Shown here: in pieces, positions 8,440-19,185 of the stretch
Layout of the letters: each line of letters starts with the position of its first letter
Numbering within the stretch: the first letter of the stretch is position 1
Assembly: GCA_027317865.1 (NCBI GenBank)
Contig: DAHVQG010000009.1
Span: 15,937 to 79,936 of the forward strand
Source of the DNA: Bdellovibrionales bacterium
GTDB taxonomy: Bacteria; Bdellovibrionota; Bdellovibrionia; Bdellovibrionales; UBA1609
Length of the DNA stretch: 64,000 nucleotides
Direction: 5' to 3'
Notes under the pieces: generated by a model
Database searches by the model: none
The model's input: the letters and a program-made list of their open reading frames with translations, nothing else
Told to the model about the DNA's origin: nothing
Translations under genes and position numbers: made by a program

Positions 8440-9174
8440 ATGTCATTTTTGCTGCGAACTTATTCGATTCGATGCCTAGTTTTGTCTATTTGTTTGACAT
8501 TTGTCCAACTGTATTTGGCAGCCCCGTCTTACGCTACTAATATAGAAAATTTCGACTGCGCCGAGCTGATCAGAAATCCAAATGTGACGGTATCCAAAAG
8601 TATCGGCGGGGTCGTACACACCGTATGGGTTCAAAGAAGTTCGAAAGGGCTAAGCCATTACTTAAGAACCGATCGTGATATCGCCGCGGTGGCGCGAGTT
8701 TATGATTTGGACGTAAAAGATTTTCTCGATTTGTTTGCTGGCAAAATTCTAGACGCAGGTGCGGGCGACGGAGCGTTTGTAACCGAAATGCGTCAACACG
8801 GTTATAATATTTCCGGAGTTGATATATTTCTAACTCCGATTCAAGAAGCGCAACCGGAAGTCTTTACTCGCCAAGACTTGGCTCATTTAAAATGGCCGAA
8901 TGGCTCATTTGATCGAATTATTTCAACTCAGTCCGTGTTAACCTACGAGCTAATACGAAGAAGCTCAAAGGCTCCAGACGATTCACTGTCGATTCAAGTT
9001 CTTCGCGAGTTTAAGCGCTTGCTGAAGCCAGGGGGCGAAATTCTTATTGCTCCTATACCTGACGATGGAGTCTTCGAATCAATCCTGTCAAACCTTAAAG
9101 GTCTCGTTGTTGTAAGAAAATTAATCTCAAAACATACCGCCGCTTATATCTATATTTTAATGAAGACCGAATGA
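8440..9174 (+). CDS. Class I SAM-dependent methyltransferase with an N-terminal signal-peptide-like segment
   Basis: Motif I 'ILDAGAGDGAF' and 'LLKPGGEILI'. The N-terminus 'RCLVLSICLTFVQLYLAAPSYA' looks like a Sec signal. Confidence 0.7.
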   Translation: MSFLLRTYSIRCLVLSICLTFVQLYLAAPSYATNIENFDCAELIRNPNVTVSKSIGGVVHTVWVQRSSKGLSHYLRTDRDIAAVARVYDLDVKDFLDLFAGKILDAGAGDGAFVTEMRQHGYNISGVDIFLTPIQEAQPEVFTRQDLAHLKWPNGSFDRIISTQSVLTYELIRRSSKAPDDSLSIQVLREFKRLLKPGGEILIAPIPDDGVFESILSNLKGLVVVRKLISKHTAAYIYILMKTE

Positions 9175-9186
9175 AACTCATCGCGT

Positions 9187-10356
9187 TTAAAGCGAATCGA
9201 TTAGGCGATCGTAAATCTTAGCGAGCACGCGACCCTGCGTGCGGGCGTTGTATTGCTGATCCACATGGGTACGGCCGGCATGTCCCATAGCGGGCCAGGT
9301 CTGCGGAGCTTCAACGAGATCGATGAGTTGTTGACCCAGCGTCTCCCAATCGCGTTCTTCAGAAATCTTCGCGCTTTTGTCTTTCAAGACGCACTCGGGA
9401 TTATCAGCATGCCGAGTCGTGAGAATAGGCATCCCCGTGGCTTGAGCATCGAGAACCGCTACGGGATAACCGCCCTCGGTGTTGCCGTTGCTGGCAGTGA
9501 CGCTCGGTTGAATAAAAAGATCGGCCCGCATCATTTCGTCGACCAATGTACTGTAGGGCACAAAACCTTTGAGTTCCACCGCATCTCCAACGCCAAGTTC
9601 AGCGATGAGACTTTCAATCTCTTTGCGGTTTGGTCCGTCGCCGATGATACGAAACCGTAAATGTTTGTGACGTTTATGGGCCTTCGCAAACGCGCGGATG
9701 GCATAGGGCAACCCCTTTTTTTCACCGAAATTCGCGGCAAATAGCAGCGTGATGTTTTCACCTTCGTGCCATGTGCGTTCGCGAAATGGGTAGTGCTCAA
9801 CATCAACACCGAGGTGAAAAATTGTGATCTTGTTTTCGGGGCAGCCCATGTCCATCACGCTCTTCTTCATGGCATTGCCGATTACGAGAAACAATTCGCC
9901 ATCGCGAAACAGTTCGTGATAGCGCCGCTGATATTTGGCGCTTTTTGCCAGCGACGACATTTCGTAACCGTAAAAGAACGTTGCTAGCGGTACGTTCATT
10001 TTTCGTTTAAGACCCAAAGCTTTGTACCCGTAGTGCCCGAAGTGGGCCTGGATGAGCGACGGTTTGTTTTGTGAAGCGAAAGCCGGGTAATAGCCCCGCA
10101 ACCGGTAGGCAACTTTGTTGTAGATCTGCCGTGCTGAACTCAACGAATCGAGACTATAAATGTTTTCTGTTGGGAAGATATCGAGGTTCTCCGTTGATTG
10201 TGTAACTACTTGGTGGCGGTACTCGTTATTATACTGAATTTGATTGTATACCCAGGTCATTGTGACCTTGAGATACTCTCCCAGGTAGTGCAGTACGCAC
10301 TTGTCGTCAGGTGCGGCTGTGCTTGAACCTGCAGCCGTGGTCGAACTAGAACTCAT
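9187..10356 (-). CDS. Family 4 glycosyltransferase (WcaL-like)
   Basis: '[10 protein letters not shown]', '[35 protein letters not shown]' (the E-x7-E region). The N-terminal 'TMTWVYNQI' resembles the WcaL-type start. Start taken at ATG 10356 (11-nt overlap with the upstream gene); the track ORF extends to 10407. Confidence 0.8.
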   Translation of the reverse strand: MSSSSTTAAGSSTAAPDDKCVLHYLGEYLKVTMTWVYNQIQYNNEYRHQVVTQSTENLDIFPTENIYSLDSLSSARQIYNKVAYRLRGYYPAFASQNKPSLIQAHFGHYGYKALGLKRKMNVPLATFFYGYEMSSLAKSAKYQRRYHELFRDGELFLVIGNAMKKSVMDMGCPENKITIFHLGVDVEHYPFRERTWHEGENITLLFAANFGEKKGLPYAIRAFAKAHKRHKHLRFRIIGDGPNRKEIESLIAELGVGDAVELKGFVPYSTLVDEMMRADLFIQPSVTASNGNTEGGYPVAVLDAQATGMPILTTRHADNPECVLKDKSAKISEERDWETLGQQLIDLVEAPQTWPAMGHAGRTHVDQQYNARTQGRVLAKIYDRLIDSL

Positions 10357-11431
10357 TGAGTACCTTAGCCACCGTTCGAACGTCTTCTTCAGTATGAAAA
10401 GCCGCAATTGGCAAACTCAAAGTGGTCATGTGAATTTCATCTGAGATTGGGAATTCCTGACCGGCAAAAAAGTGGGCCAAAGCCGGCTGTTTATGCGGCG
10501 GAATTGGATAATGAATTTCAGTGCGGATGCCGTGTTTGAGTAAATGATCGCGCAATCGGTCGCGCTCAGGATGGCGAATATTGAAAATATGAAAAACGTC
10601 GAAGTAGTCATCGGAGGTGTGTGGCAGCACAAACTCGCCTTTAATTTCACTCATGTAGATCGAGGCCAAGTTGCGCTTGTGAGCTGTAATCCGGTCGAGC
10701 GAGCGCAATTTTACCCGCAAAAAAGCCGCCTGTATTTCGTCAAGGCGTGAATTCACCCCTTGAACGATATTGTGATATTTGACTTTCGAGCCGTAATTGC
10801 GAAGAGTGCGCACTTGATCCGCGTGAGTCGCGTCACGGGTGATGACGCCGCCGGCGTCGCCGAGCGCGCCAAGATTTTTGGTCGGGTAAAAACTAAAGGC
10901 GCCGAAATCACCGAAAGTGCCCGAGACCTGACCCTTGTAGCGCGCACCGTGGGCTTGGGCGCAGTCTTCAACTACGAACAATTTATGTTTTTGGGCAATC
11001 TCGGTAATTGCCGCCATTTCGCTCAGCTTACCGTACAGGTGAACCGGTAAAATCGCCCGCGTGTGTTCGTTAACAGACGCTTCGATTAGGTCGGGGTTCA
11101 AATTGTAAGTTTCAATTCGCGGTTCGACGAGAACCGGCTTGAGCCCGCATTGAACGGCTGCCAAAATTGTTGCGACGTAAGCATTCGAAGGAATAATCAC
11201 TTCACTCCCGGCGGGGAGATCGAGAGCGCGCAACGCCAAATATATGGCATCGAAACCCGAGGCGACGCCGACGCAATGAGAGCTGCCGCAATAATGTGCA
11301 AATTCACTTTCAAACTGGTGCACATTATCGCCCAAAATAAAACTGCCGCCGTCGAGAAGACGGTTTACCGCCGCGAGGTATTCGACCGTAAATGAGGCAT
11401 TAGTTTTAGCGAGATTTTCGTATTCGATCAT
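10346..11431 (-). CDS. DegT/DnrJ/EryC1-family PLP sugar aminotransferase (FdtB-like)
   Basis: '[11 protein letters not shown]', '[16 protein letters not shown]' (PLP-lysine region). Adjacent to an FdtA-like isomerase. Confidence 0.85.
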   Translation of the reverse strand: MIEYENLAKTNASFTVEYLAAVNRLLDGGSFILGDNVHQFESEFAHYCGSSHCVGVASGFDAIYLALRALDLPAGSEVIIPSNAYVATILAAVQCGLKPVLVEPRIETYNLNPDLIEASVNEHTRAILPVHLYGKLSEMAAITEIAQKHKLFVVEDCAQAHGARYKGQVSGTFGDFGAFSFYPTKNLGALGDAGGVITRDATHADQVRTLRNYGSKVKYHNIVQGVNSRLDEIQAAFLRVKLRSLDRITAHKRNLASIYMSEIKGEFVLPHTSDDYFDVFHIFNIRHPERDRLRDHLLKHGIRTEIHYPIPPHKQPALAHFFAGQEFPISDEIHMTTLSLPIAAFHTEEDVRTVAKVLNEF

Positions 11432-11436
11432 ATTTT

Positions 11437-11802
11437 TTATAGCGGCGTTGAAACATAGTCATCTTTATCGTAAAAATCCGAGCTCATCACCACTACGTAG
11501 GCATTTTTACTGAATTCACTTAGAGTATGCCAGTCTTGCGGATCTAAAATCAACAATTGGTTGGGCCGTTCAAGCCGATAAGTGGTTCGCTTACCGTAGA
11601 GTTCGACATCGATTCGACACGACCCATTCAGGCAAATACAGGCTTGTATGATGCGCTTGTGGCGATGTCCGGCCCGAACTTCGCCTTCTGGCACACCGTA
11701 AATCATGTAGATTCTCTTAATTTCGAACGGCAAAACCCTTTCACAAACAGTCAAATTGCCTCGGGGATCAGAGTGAGTGGGTAGCTCGATAATTCTTGCC
11801 AT
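11437..11802 (-). CDS. fdtA: FdtA/WxcM-type dTDP-sugar 3,4-ketoisomerase (cupin)
   Basis: 'DPRGNLTV', '[11 protein letters not shown]', 'RAGHRHKR', 'CLNGSC' and '[10 protein letters not shown]' match the FdtA sequence as I remember it. Confidence 0.8.
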   Translation of the reverse strand: MARIIELPTHSDPRGNLTVCERVLPFEIKRIYMIYGVPEGEVRAGHRHKRIIQACICLNGSCRIDVELYGKRTTYRLERPNQLLILDPQDWHTLSEFSKNAYVVVMSSDFYDKDDYVSTPL

Positions 11803-11928
11803 CCGGTGATTATGATTAGAGTGAAGGCAAAGTCAATGTGATAGAGTTGTGCTTGAATTATCTGGCAACTATTAACTACAGTACAAAACCTTGTAATACC
11901 GCGTCGAAAGGGTAACAGTGAAAACGGG

Positions 11929-13050
11929 ATGGGCCCGATGACTAACAAACAAACTGCGCTTTACATTAAAGATGATGCCATCGGCGATTTTCTATTTGGC
12001 ACGGCGATGATCCGCGAATTAAAGCAAAAATACAGCGACGTCTATCTCATTTGCGCAGAAAATGTGCTTTCCATTGCGGAACTTTACCTACCCAACGAAC
12101 AAATTTTTGCGGTCGATTTAAAGAAGTTTAAAATCAATCCGTTTTATCGTCAAAAGTTAAAACGACAATGGCGGCATTTGCAACCGTCGCTTGTGGTGGC
12201 ATCAAGTCTTCGCTCGTCGTTTGCCGATCGAGTCACACAGTTTTTCAAGTCAAACGCGCGAAAAGGCGAAGTTGTCGTTGCGGTCTCAACGGATGAACCT
12301 GCGCCAAAAAAAAAGCGCCGGTCGAAAATTTATCAAAAACTCGCTTCTTATCCGCCTGACAGTGAACACGACACACGATTTTTATGTGGAGCACATACGA
12401 CGGAACATTTATTACTCGAAGCGGTTATTGGTGGTTCGCTCCCGCCGGAGCGATCGCGGCCGTATTTACCGGTCGAAGTGCTGATTCAACGTTCGGCAAA
12501 TTGGCCGGTTGCAAAAGAAAACTATTTTTGTGTTTTACCGTCAACCGGCGATTCGCGCCGCACTTATTCGCGGCAAAATATCGTCAAGCTCGCAAAGCAA
12601 ATCGCGTGCGAGGCAAATATGAAAGCCGTATTTTTATCGGCTGATCCGCTCCCTGAACTTAGTTTGCTCACAAATCACACGGATCAACTCACGAATGCAC
12701 TCACGAACGATTTTGCAGTAGATTTAACGACTAAAACTTCAATTGTCGAATCGCTTGCCTTAGTCGCTCAAGCGAAATTTACGCTAACAAATGAAACGGG
12801 CCTCGGACATGCCTCATGGATCATGGGGCGTCCGACTGTGATGATTATGCCGGGCGGAAATTTCCATTACTTTCACGCAAACGATCCAAATCTGCACGCG
12901 GTTTATGATTATCGCGAATGCTTCGATTGCCATCATCGCTGTCGCTATAAATTTGACGAGCGCTTTCCGTGCATAGAAGAAATACCGTTAAAAAAAATCG
13001 AACAGACATTAAAAGATATATTAAAGAAGTTGCCATCAACCGCGCTTTAA
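11929..13050 (+). CDS. Family 9 (heptosyltransferase-like) glycosyltransferase
   Basis: N-terminal 'AIGDFLFGTAMIRELKQKY' and C-terminal 'LTNETGLGHASWIMGRPTV' resemble GT9 motifs. Contains an A9 tract at 12306-12314. Confidence 0.55.
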   Translation: MGPMTNKQTALYIKDDAIGDFLFGTAMIRELKQKYSDVYLICAENVLSIAELYLPNEQIFAVDLKKFKINPFYRQKLKRQWRHLQPSLVVASSLRSSFADRVTQFFKSNARKGEVVVAVSTDEPAPKKKRRSKIYQKLASYPPDSEHDTRFLCGAHTTEHLLLEAVIGGSLPPERSRPYLPVEVLIQRSANWPVAKENYFCVLPSTGDSRRTYSRQNIVKLAKQIACEANMKAVFLSADPLPELSLLTNHTDQLTNALTNDFAVDLTTKTSIVESLALVAQAKFTLTNETGLGHASWIMGRPTVMIMPGGNFHYFHANDPNLHAVYDYRECFDCHHRCRYKFDERFPCIEEIPLKKIEQTLKDILKKLPSTAL

Positions 13051-13070
13051 CAAATGAGACGCCGAATAGC

Positions 13071-14321
13071 TCAGTTGATATTTTCGAATTCGCCAGTTGA
13101 AAGACCGCTATCGCGATCGAATTCTGTTTCAATCATTCCGACCGAACCCGAAACGAATAACGCAACAAGGGCGGCTAAGATTGTAGTCGGTAGAAGTTGA
13201 ATTCCGGCCATTTTGGTGACCACTAACGTAGAACCTAAAGGTGTTTTGGTGACTCCGGTGTTGAGTGCAGTCATGAAAGCCACCATAAGAACAACTTCGT
13301 TTGCGCTCGGAATCAAAACGTGGGCAAATCGGCCAAGAGCGACACCCATGAAAAAAAGCGGAATGATAAATCCGCCCTTCCAGTCCGAGCTTAGAGTGAT
13401 TGTGGTGCCGATGAACTTTGCCAAAAACGCCACTGCAAAAAAACCAAGCGTGGCATGCATCAGTGCGACAGTCGAAACTTGCACTTCGCCAAACGTTAGG
13501 GCATACGGGCTCCATAAAGCCAAACCGACAAGTAATATTCCGCCAACTGCTGATCGAACCCAAACCGGGATTTTTTTAAACAGTTTGCCTACCCCCGTAT
13601 TTGCGTAAGTAAACGCCATCGCCAGTAGTCCGCCAACCAGACCAACAAAAAACGCCCACATAAAATCACTTTCATGAATCACGCCAATTGCCGGGAAATG
13701 CCAGACCGGTTGAACCCCAAGCCTGCCGGAGATCACGTAAATCACATAACCGCAAAGGGCGCCGATCAACGACGGGATTAATGCTTCGTAGTACTCTAAA
13801 CCGTTACGATGCAAAATCTCGAGTGAAAATACCGCCGCTCCTAAGGGGGCGCCGAACAAAACAGCGAAACCGGAAGCCATTCCCGTAATCGTTAAAATCC
13901 GTCGCCGTTCAACCGGCAATCCAAAGCGCATGGCAAGCCATGATCCAATGGCGCCCGTCGTTTGAACCAGAGGTGCTTCAGGGCCTGCCGCTCCGCCAGA
14001 TCCAATGCAGAGAAGCGAAATCGGGACCAATGAGCGCAGAGTCGAAATATCCTGACCTGTCCCGTGTAAGTTGATATTATTTACTAAAATTTCAACATTG
14101 CCGGGCGAGCCAAACCAATAGATCAAGAGCGGTATGATGAGCCCGACCGCGATCATAATAATCAGTTGCAAAATATGATCTTGCGGGTGGCCGGCGGGGC
14201 CAAGCCATTGGCTCGTCAATTTGAGTGCTGTTAAATAAAAGAATCCAACAAGGCCGCCGATTCCGCCCACACAAATCAATGGTATAAGAAATTTAAATAG
14301 TTTTTTTCTAGCCTCGATCAT
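13071..14321 (-). CDS. ClC-family chloride channel/antiporter with no cytoplasmic CBS domains
   Basis: 'GSGGAAGPEAPLVQTTGAIGSW', 'FGAPLGAAVFSLE', 'GGFIIPLFFMG'. Polytopic throughout. Confidence 0.85.
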   Translation of the reverse strand: MIEARKKLFKFLIPLICVGGIGGLVGFFYLTALKLTSQWLGPAGHPQDHILQLIIMIAVGLIIPLLIYWFGSPGNVEILVNNINLHGTGQDISTLRSLVPISLLCIGSGGAAGPEAPLVQTTGAIGSWLAMRFGLPVERRRILTITGMASGFAVLFGAPLGAAVFSLEILHRNGLEYYEALIPSLIGALCGYVIYVISGRLGVQPVWHFPAIGVIHESDFMWAFFVGLVGGLLAMAFTYANTGVGKLFKKIPVWVRSAVGGILLVGLALWSPYALTFGEVQVSTVALMHATLGFFAVAFLAKFIGTTITLSSDWKGGFIIPLFFMGVALGRFAHVLIPSANEVVLMVAFMTALNTGVTKTPLGSTLVVTKMAGIQLLPTTILAALVALFVSGSVGMIETEFDRDSGLSTGEFENIN

Positions 14322-14394
14322 TTCGGCTACGGTCGTACCACAAAATCCAAGCGTTTTCAGGGTAAATAAAAGGGGTCATTTCACTCTTCGGCGC

Positions 14395-15735
14395 TTACTC
14401 GCCCATGACAATTTTGCGGAGGGCTTGGTGGCACTGGCGGTCAAATTCATCACCGCTTTTACCAATCTGTGACAGGGCTTCAGCGGCTGTCATGCCCGAA
14501 GAGTAGGGGCTTTTGATAGCCAACTCGCAAAATCGGTCAACGATAGCGATAAGATTTGCCATCGGGTGAATACTCATTTTGCGCAATTTTCTCGGGAATC
14601 CCGTACCTAAAATATTCTCGTGGTGTTGATATGCGACCTCGACCACTTCCGTGGGGACGGATCTGATGGCCTCAAGGATTTCTTTGCCACGGGTGGGGTG
14701 GGTCTCGTAAATGGTTCGTTCTTCTAATGTCATCTGAAATCGCGGTTTTTCGAGTATTGCACGTGGAATTTCTTTCTTGCCGATATCGTGATAGAGCCCC
14801 GCTATACTCACTTTGAACGCTGTTTGTGGCGAAAGCCAACCCAATGCTCGAGCCAAGAGGACTCCGTACATGCTGACGCCAAGCGAGTGGGCGTAGACAA
14901 AGTCCGCGTGTGAATTGAGGACATCAAGCATTAGAATGGCCTCCTGATCATCTGAAATCACACTGAGACTTAGTTCGACGAATTCTTTGCAATCGTTAAG
15001 CACATCTTTGTCGAACCCGGCGACGAAAGCATTTTGTGCAATTACTTCACCCGTGTATTTAAGAAAGCGACGCCTTAAGGCCGGGTCTACTTTGCCGCTT
15101 AAATTAATTGCCTTCGTTAATCGCAGGTTAAACCCGACAAGTTTATGGTAATCTTCCTTTAAAATGTAGAGGTACTTAACGCCACGGTTTTTATAGGAAT
15201 GGATTTGGTTTAGCGAGACATCTTCACCCGAGTGTGCAACCTTGATAAATTTCGTGTCAGACACTCGAACATAAACGCCAAAAGGAATTTTACTTCCAGC
15301 CACAAAGTCATCAATCAATATTTTACAATACTCAGGTTTCGGCAATTGAGCTGCCGCAGGCGGAACAGGCTCCGGTTCTTTATATACCTTTCGCAATTCC
15401 CTAAGCAGTGAAGCCTCGTCGAATGGCTTTACCAAAAAGCCGATCGCGCCCATTTCGTGGGCCGATTGCACGTCTAACAAATTTGAAAATCCGGTGATTA
15501 AAATCATCGGCACCGGTTCATTTTTTCGCGACCACTCGAGTAACTCAAGACCCGACAGATAGGGCATCTGAATGTCGGCAATCACAAGGTTGAATTTACG
15601 AAGCTTTAAGATATCGCGCCCTTCTTGCCCATTATCCGCCTCGTGAACTGTGCATTTAAATTTTTCTAGAGTCTTTTTAAGGCTCTTACGAAAAAGAGGT
15701 TCATTATCAACAATAAGTACTTCGAATAGCTCCAA
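14395..15735 (-). CDS. Response regulator with HD-GYP domain (paralogue of 729-2090)
   Basis: Receiver ('LIVDNEP', 'VIADIQMPYLSG', 'LVKPF'). 'YHDIGKKE', 'HHENILGTGFPRK'. TTG start after AAGGA. Confidence 0.85.
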   Translation of the reverse strand: MELFEVLIVDNEPLFRKSLKKTLEKFKCTVHEADNGQEGRDILKLRKFNLVIADIQMPYLSGLELLEWSRKNEPVPMILITGFSNLLDVQSAHEMGAIGFLVKPFDEASLLRELRKVYKEPEPVPPAAAQLPKPEYCKILIDDFVAGSKIPFGVYVRVSDTKFIKVAHSGEDVSLNQIHSYKNRGVKYLYILKEDYHKLVGFNLRLTKAINLSGKVDPALRRRFLKYTGEVIAQNAFVAGFDKDVLNDCKEFVELSLSVISDDQEAILMLDVLNSHADFVYAHSLGVSMYGVLLARALGWLSPQTAFKVSIAGLYHDIGKKEIPRAILEKPRFQMTLEERTIYETHPTRGKEILEAIRSVPTEVVEVAYQHHENILGTGFPRKLRKMSIHPMANLIAIVDRFCELAIKSPYSSGMTAAEALSQIGKSGDEFDRQCHQALRKIVMGE

Positions 15736-15860
15736 TGTATATCCTTCGATTAACGACTAGGGGGAGAAGATGAGGATTGTATCGGGAGCAGCGTCGTGAT
15801 TCACTATTAAAGTAATTTAGTTACTGAACAAGTTTATTAGGTAAATAAAATAGGTCAACA

Positions 15861-17408
15861 ATGTTTTCTAAAATGACGCGTGAGTTTCTTATTTCGATAC
15901 TTGAGGCGATACCGCAAGGGATCATGATAATGTCGCCTACAAAAGAAGTTTTGTATGTGAATAAAATGGTCACGGAATTAGCGGGCATTGGCCAGTTGCC
16001 GGATGGCAATTATTCGCGCCTTGGGCCAGAAACCTGGACTCAAGAATACGGACTATTTCACGAAAACGGAGCGGACCAATACGACCCAAGTGAACTACCG
16101 GTAATTGCGGCTCTTCGCGGCAAATATGTTAACGATGAGATCGTTATATTGCGCCGTAAGGGGATTCCAGACAAAGTTCTTTCAATAAGTGCGCGGCCGG
16201 CCAGAGATGTTTCTGGCAATATTATTGGATCTGTCGCTGCTTTTATAGATAAAACCGAATACATTAATGTGAGGAATCAGTTGGAGCATGCTCGTCGTAG
16301 CGAATCCATCGGCCGCCTAGTTGGCGGCATTGCTCACGATTTTAATAATATGCTGAATACGGTTTTGCTTGCAGCCAATAACGCGATTGAACAACTTGAT
16401 ATCGACAATCCAGCTTATGATGATTTAAAGCTTATACTCGACGTTAGTGAGCGTTCAGCTGCGTTGACGAAACAACTTTTGGCCTTTGGTCGCCGACAGG
16501 TCATACAACCAAAAATTGTCGACCTGTCGGAGCTCATTAAAAAAAATCTTGAGATGTTGAAACGTTTGGTCGGTGAAAATGTAACTATTAAGTTGATTCA
16601 AGGGCCAACAACGGTATCGGCGTCGGTCGACCCCACAATGCTTGAACAAATAATGCTAAATCTCTGTGTTAATGCGCGGGATGCTATGCCAAAAGGCGGT
16701 ACGATTACAATTGAAACGGACATTGTTGAACTGGATGAGAAATATGTAAGTCAGCATTCGCAGGTTAAAACCGGTCGTTACGCCGCCTTGGTTGTAACGG
16801 ACGATGGCCAAGGGATTTCTAAAGAATATCTTGATAAGATTTTCGATCCATTTTTTACGACTAAAAAAGACGGCACCGGGCTTGGGCTTGCGACAGTTCA
16901 GGGTATTGTCGAGCAAAGTAACGCGCACATTTGGGTTTATAGCGAAGTAGGAAGTGGGACGACATTTAAAATATATTTCCCATACGTGCCGGTGACAATA
17001 TCTGAGAAACAGGCGAATTCATTAAAGGCAGACAGTCGCGGCGGTGATGAAACAATTTTAGTTGTTGAAGATGATCCTTATCTTCGGCTGATTGTTGAAA
17101 AAATATTGAGATCGCGCGGATATAATGTGCTCATTGCAGATGGCGGGCCAAGGGCACTGCAACTTGCCGAAAGCGCAAAAGGGCCCATAGACCTTCTTGT
17201 AACAGATGTAATTATGCCAGGTATGAACGGGAAGGAGTTAGCGGAAACACTTGCCAGGAAATTCGCGAATTTAAAGATTATTTTTACTTCCGGCTATTCC
17301 GAAAACATTATTGTCAACCACGGGATATTGGATGCCGGCGTAAATTATTTGCAGAAACCAGTTTCAGAAAATATCCTCTTGCAAAAAATAAGAATGGTGT
17401 TGACCTAA
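15861..17408 (+). CDS. PAS-HisKA-HATPase-REC hybrid histidine kinase
   Basis: H-box 'GGIAHDFNNML', 'NLCVNARDAM', 'DDGQGI', 'GTGLGLA', C-terminal receiver ('ILVVEDDP', 'LLVTDVIMPGMNG'). Confidence 0.85.
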   Translation: MFSKMTREFLISILEAIPQGIMIMSPTKEVLYVNKMVTELAGIGQLPDGNYSRLGPETWTQEYGLFHENGADQYDPSELPVIAALRGKYVNDEIVILRRKGIPDKVLSISARPARDVSGNIIGSVAAFIDKTEYINVRNQLEHARRSESIGRLVGGIAHDFNNMLNTVLLAANNAIEQLDIDNPAYDDLKLILDVSERSAALTKQLLAFGRRQVIQPKIVDLSELIKKNLEMLKRLVGENVTIKLIQGPTTVSASVDPTMLEQIMLNLCVNARDAMPKGGTITIETDIVELDEKYVSQHSQVKTGRYAALVVTDDGQGISKEYLDKIFDPFFTTKKDGTGLGLATVQGIVEQSNAHIWVYSEVGSGTTFKIYFPYVPVTISEKQANSLKADSRGGDETILVVEDDPYLRLIVEKILRSRGYNVLIADGGPRALQLAESAKGPIDLLVTDVIMPGMNGKELAETLARKFANLKIIFTSGYSENIIVNHGILDAGVNYLQKPVSENILLQKIRMVLT

Positions 17409-17432
17409 TGCGTTTAAAATTCGCATTTTTAA
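17407..17432 (+). terminator. Weak AT-rich hairpin plus T-run overlapping the kinase stop codon
   Basis: AATGCG-N9-CGCATT followed by TTTAAATT, read directly. The short stem makes this tentative. Confidence 0.35.
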
Positions 17433-17483
17433 ATTGCGGCAAGCCCATTCGCGCAAATTCACCTGATTTATTAAAATAGAACA

Positions 17484-18341
17484 CTACTTATTGCGATTCG
17501 GGTTTGCCTGCCAAACACGTACCCAAGAAACGGTCATGCCGGTTCGACTATGAGTTCGATTTCCATAGCCGTTTGGTGGAATAGCCCCCGCCCAATCATG
17601 ATTTTCAACTTCGCATGACAAGTATAAAAATTCATGTGTTTTTGAAACGGGGTTGGTGCGAGCAGGGCGATTTACGACTTTGCGGCCGTCTACGTAAAAC
17701 TGATACCCGGCGGCTATCCAAAGCAGGCCATAGGTGTGAAAGTGCCCCTGACAACTTTTGCCATCGGGGGGTGGCACCAACTGAGAGCGAATGTCCTTTT
17801 CATATTTACCGTAACCGTTCCAGTGGAGCGCACCCATTCGCGTTGATTTTTGAATTGAAATACCACGTGCGTTGACAAAGCGGTGCTCGGCAATATCGAT
17901 TTCCATTCCGGCCGTTGCCGGATCACCAACGGGGTGACCATTTGTCGGCGATTGTAGCCAAAATGCGCACCATTCACCAGGTGAGTCGTGAAATTTGATG
18001 CGCGCTTCATAAAAGCCGAACTTCGGCTCAAACAGCTTACGTGTACTGATAAAACCAGTATAGTTTACGGCATTTTTGCTATAGGTTATGATTCGAAGCC
18101 CATTTGAAACCGATACCGCTGTCGCCACGTCATGAGCATCGCCGCGTACGCGAATAAGCGGCCGCCATTTTTTAGAATTGAGTTTGTGGCCGCGAAAAGT
18201 ATCTTGCCAAATAAGCCGATAATTTTGGGGGAGTGTAATCGACGGGCGTACGGGTTCGTTCTTATTCGGAAACATCGAGCAGGCGGAACAAAAAAGAGCG
18301 AGAAACAAATAAGTATAACTTGAGGAGAATCGCATCCGCAA
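17484..18341 (-). CDS. Secreted or lipoprotein glycoside hydrolase family 16 (beta-glucanase/laminarinase-like)
   Basis: Catalytic 'GMEIDIAEH' (E-x-D-x-x-E). N-terminal 'LFLALFCSACS' lipobox-like signal. Confidence 0.8.
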   Translation of the reverse strand: MRMRFSSSYTYLFLALFCSACSMFPNKNEPVRPSITLPQNYRLIWQDTFRGHKLNSKKWRPLIRVRGDAHDVATAVSVSNGLRIITYSKNAVNYTGFISTRKLFEPKFGFYEARIKFHDSPGEWCAFWLQSPTNGHPVGDPATAGMEIDIAEHRFVNARGISIQKSTRMGALHWNGYGKYEKDIRSQLVPPPDGKSCQGHFHTYGLLWIAAGYQFYVDGRKVVNRPARTNPVSKTHEFLYLSCEVENHDWAGAIPPNGYGNRTHSRTGMTVSWVRVWQANPNRNK

Positions 18342-18484
18342 ATAATTGTGCGCTTCAAGTTAGAGAGAAGCAACCGCGAAGGGCCGGCCTAAAGTCTGCG
18401 TTCGATTGACGTGGCCGTCACTTCGTTTGCTATCATAAAATGAGACCACGTGAACTATAATAAGCCCGCAACGGGAGGCCCTGG

Positions 18485-19054
18485 ATGAAAAAGTTAGTGT
18501 TTGTGTGTTTTTCGGCTCTTCTATTTTCAGCCGTGGCGAATGCGGGCATCCTCATTGAACCATTTGTCGGGTATTCAACAGGTAGTGGTAAAGCCAGCGG
18601 GAATGCAAGTGGGATTTCTTATTCGACTACTGACACAGAAAATGGCGCGATTTTCGGCGCGCGGGCAGGTTATTCGTTCGCATTGTTGTCGTTTGGCGCT
18701 GAATATGAGGGCGGTAGTTTGGCGGCCAATAGCAAGGTGAATATCAGTGGTGTACAAACCACAGTCACCGGTACCTCAACAATGACTAACCTTGGCGCAT
18801 TTGCCGAGATTAATCTTCCGATCATCGACGGTTATGTTGGGTACTTTCCGTCGGCGCAAGCCACCAGTAGTGGCACGACGAATTCGGGCTCCGCATTTCA
18901 AATTGGAATCGGATACAAAATGCTCCCGCTCATTAACGTCAATCTTGAATATTTAAATAGTTCGTACAATAAAACGAACGACTCCTCGACGACTGGTTAT
19001 AGTGCTTCAGGTTCGCTATATATTCTTAGTGTGAGTTTGCCGATTAACATCTAA
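18485..19054 (+). CDS. Small outer-membrane beta-barrel protein
   Basis: Signal peptide 'FSALLFSAVANA', alternating hydrophobic G/S/Y-rich strands, aromatic/hydrophobic C-terminus. Confidence 0.6.
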   Translation: MKKLVFVCFSALLFSAVANAGILIEPFVGYSTGSGKASGNASGISYSTTDTENGAIFGARAGYSFALLSFGAEYEGGSLAANSKVNISGVQTTVTGTSTMTNLGAFAEINLPIIDGYVGYFPSAQATSSGTTNSGSAFQIGIGYKMLPLINVNLEYLNSSYNKTNDSSTTGYSASGSLYILSVSLPINI

Positions 19055-19185
19055 AGCGCGGCACTGTTCTTCAGATTATTGGCAATTAATTCATGTCTGC
19101 AAGACTGACTATTGACCGGCGATGAGCGGGCACGCTAAGCCGTTATGTGAATTTGGGGGGTAATGTGTCATATATAAATATAAAT

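Noticed and set aside
13129-13608. 144-aa and 131-aa ORFs overlapping the ClC gene
   Set aside because: The ClC frame carries all family motifs over its full length. The alternative frames have no motifs and an odd composition.
13071-14321. ClC protein as a CLC-F fluoride exporter partnering the riboswitch-controlled crcB
   Set aside because: No fluoride-riboswitch-like sequence is found in its upstream spacer (14322-14394). I cannot verify CLC-F-specific filter residues by eye. The motifs seen ('GPEAP', 'GGFIIP') only support the general ClC family.
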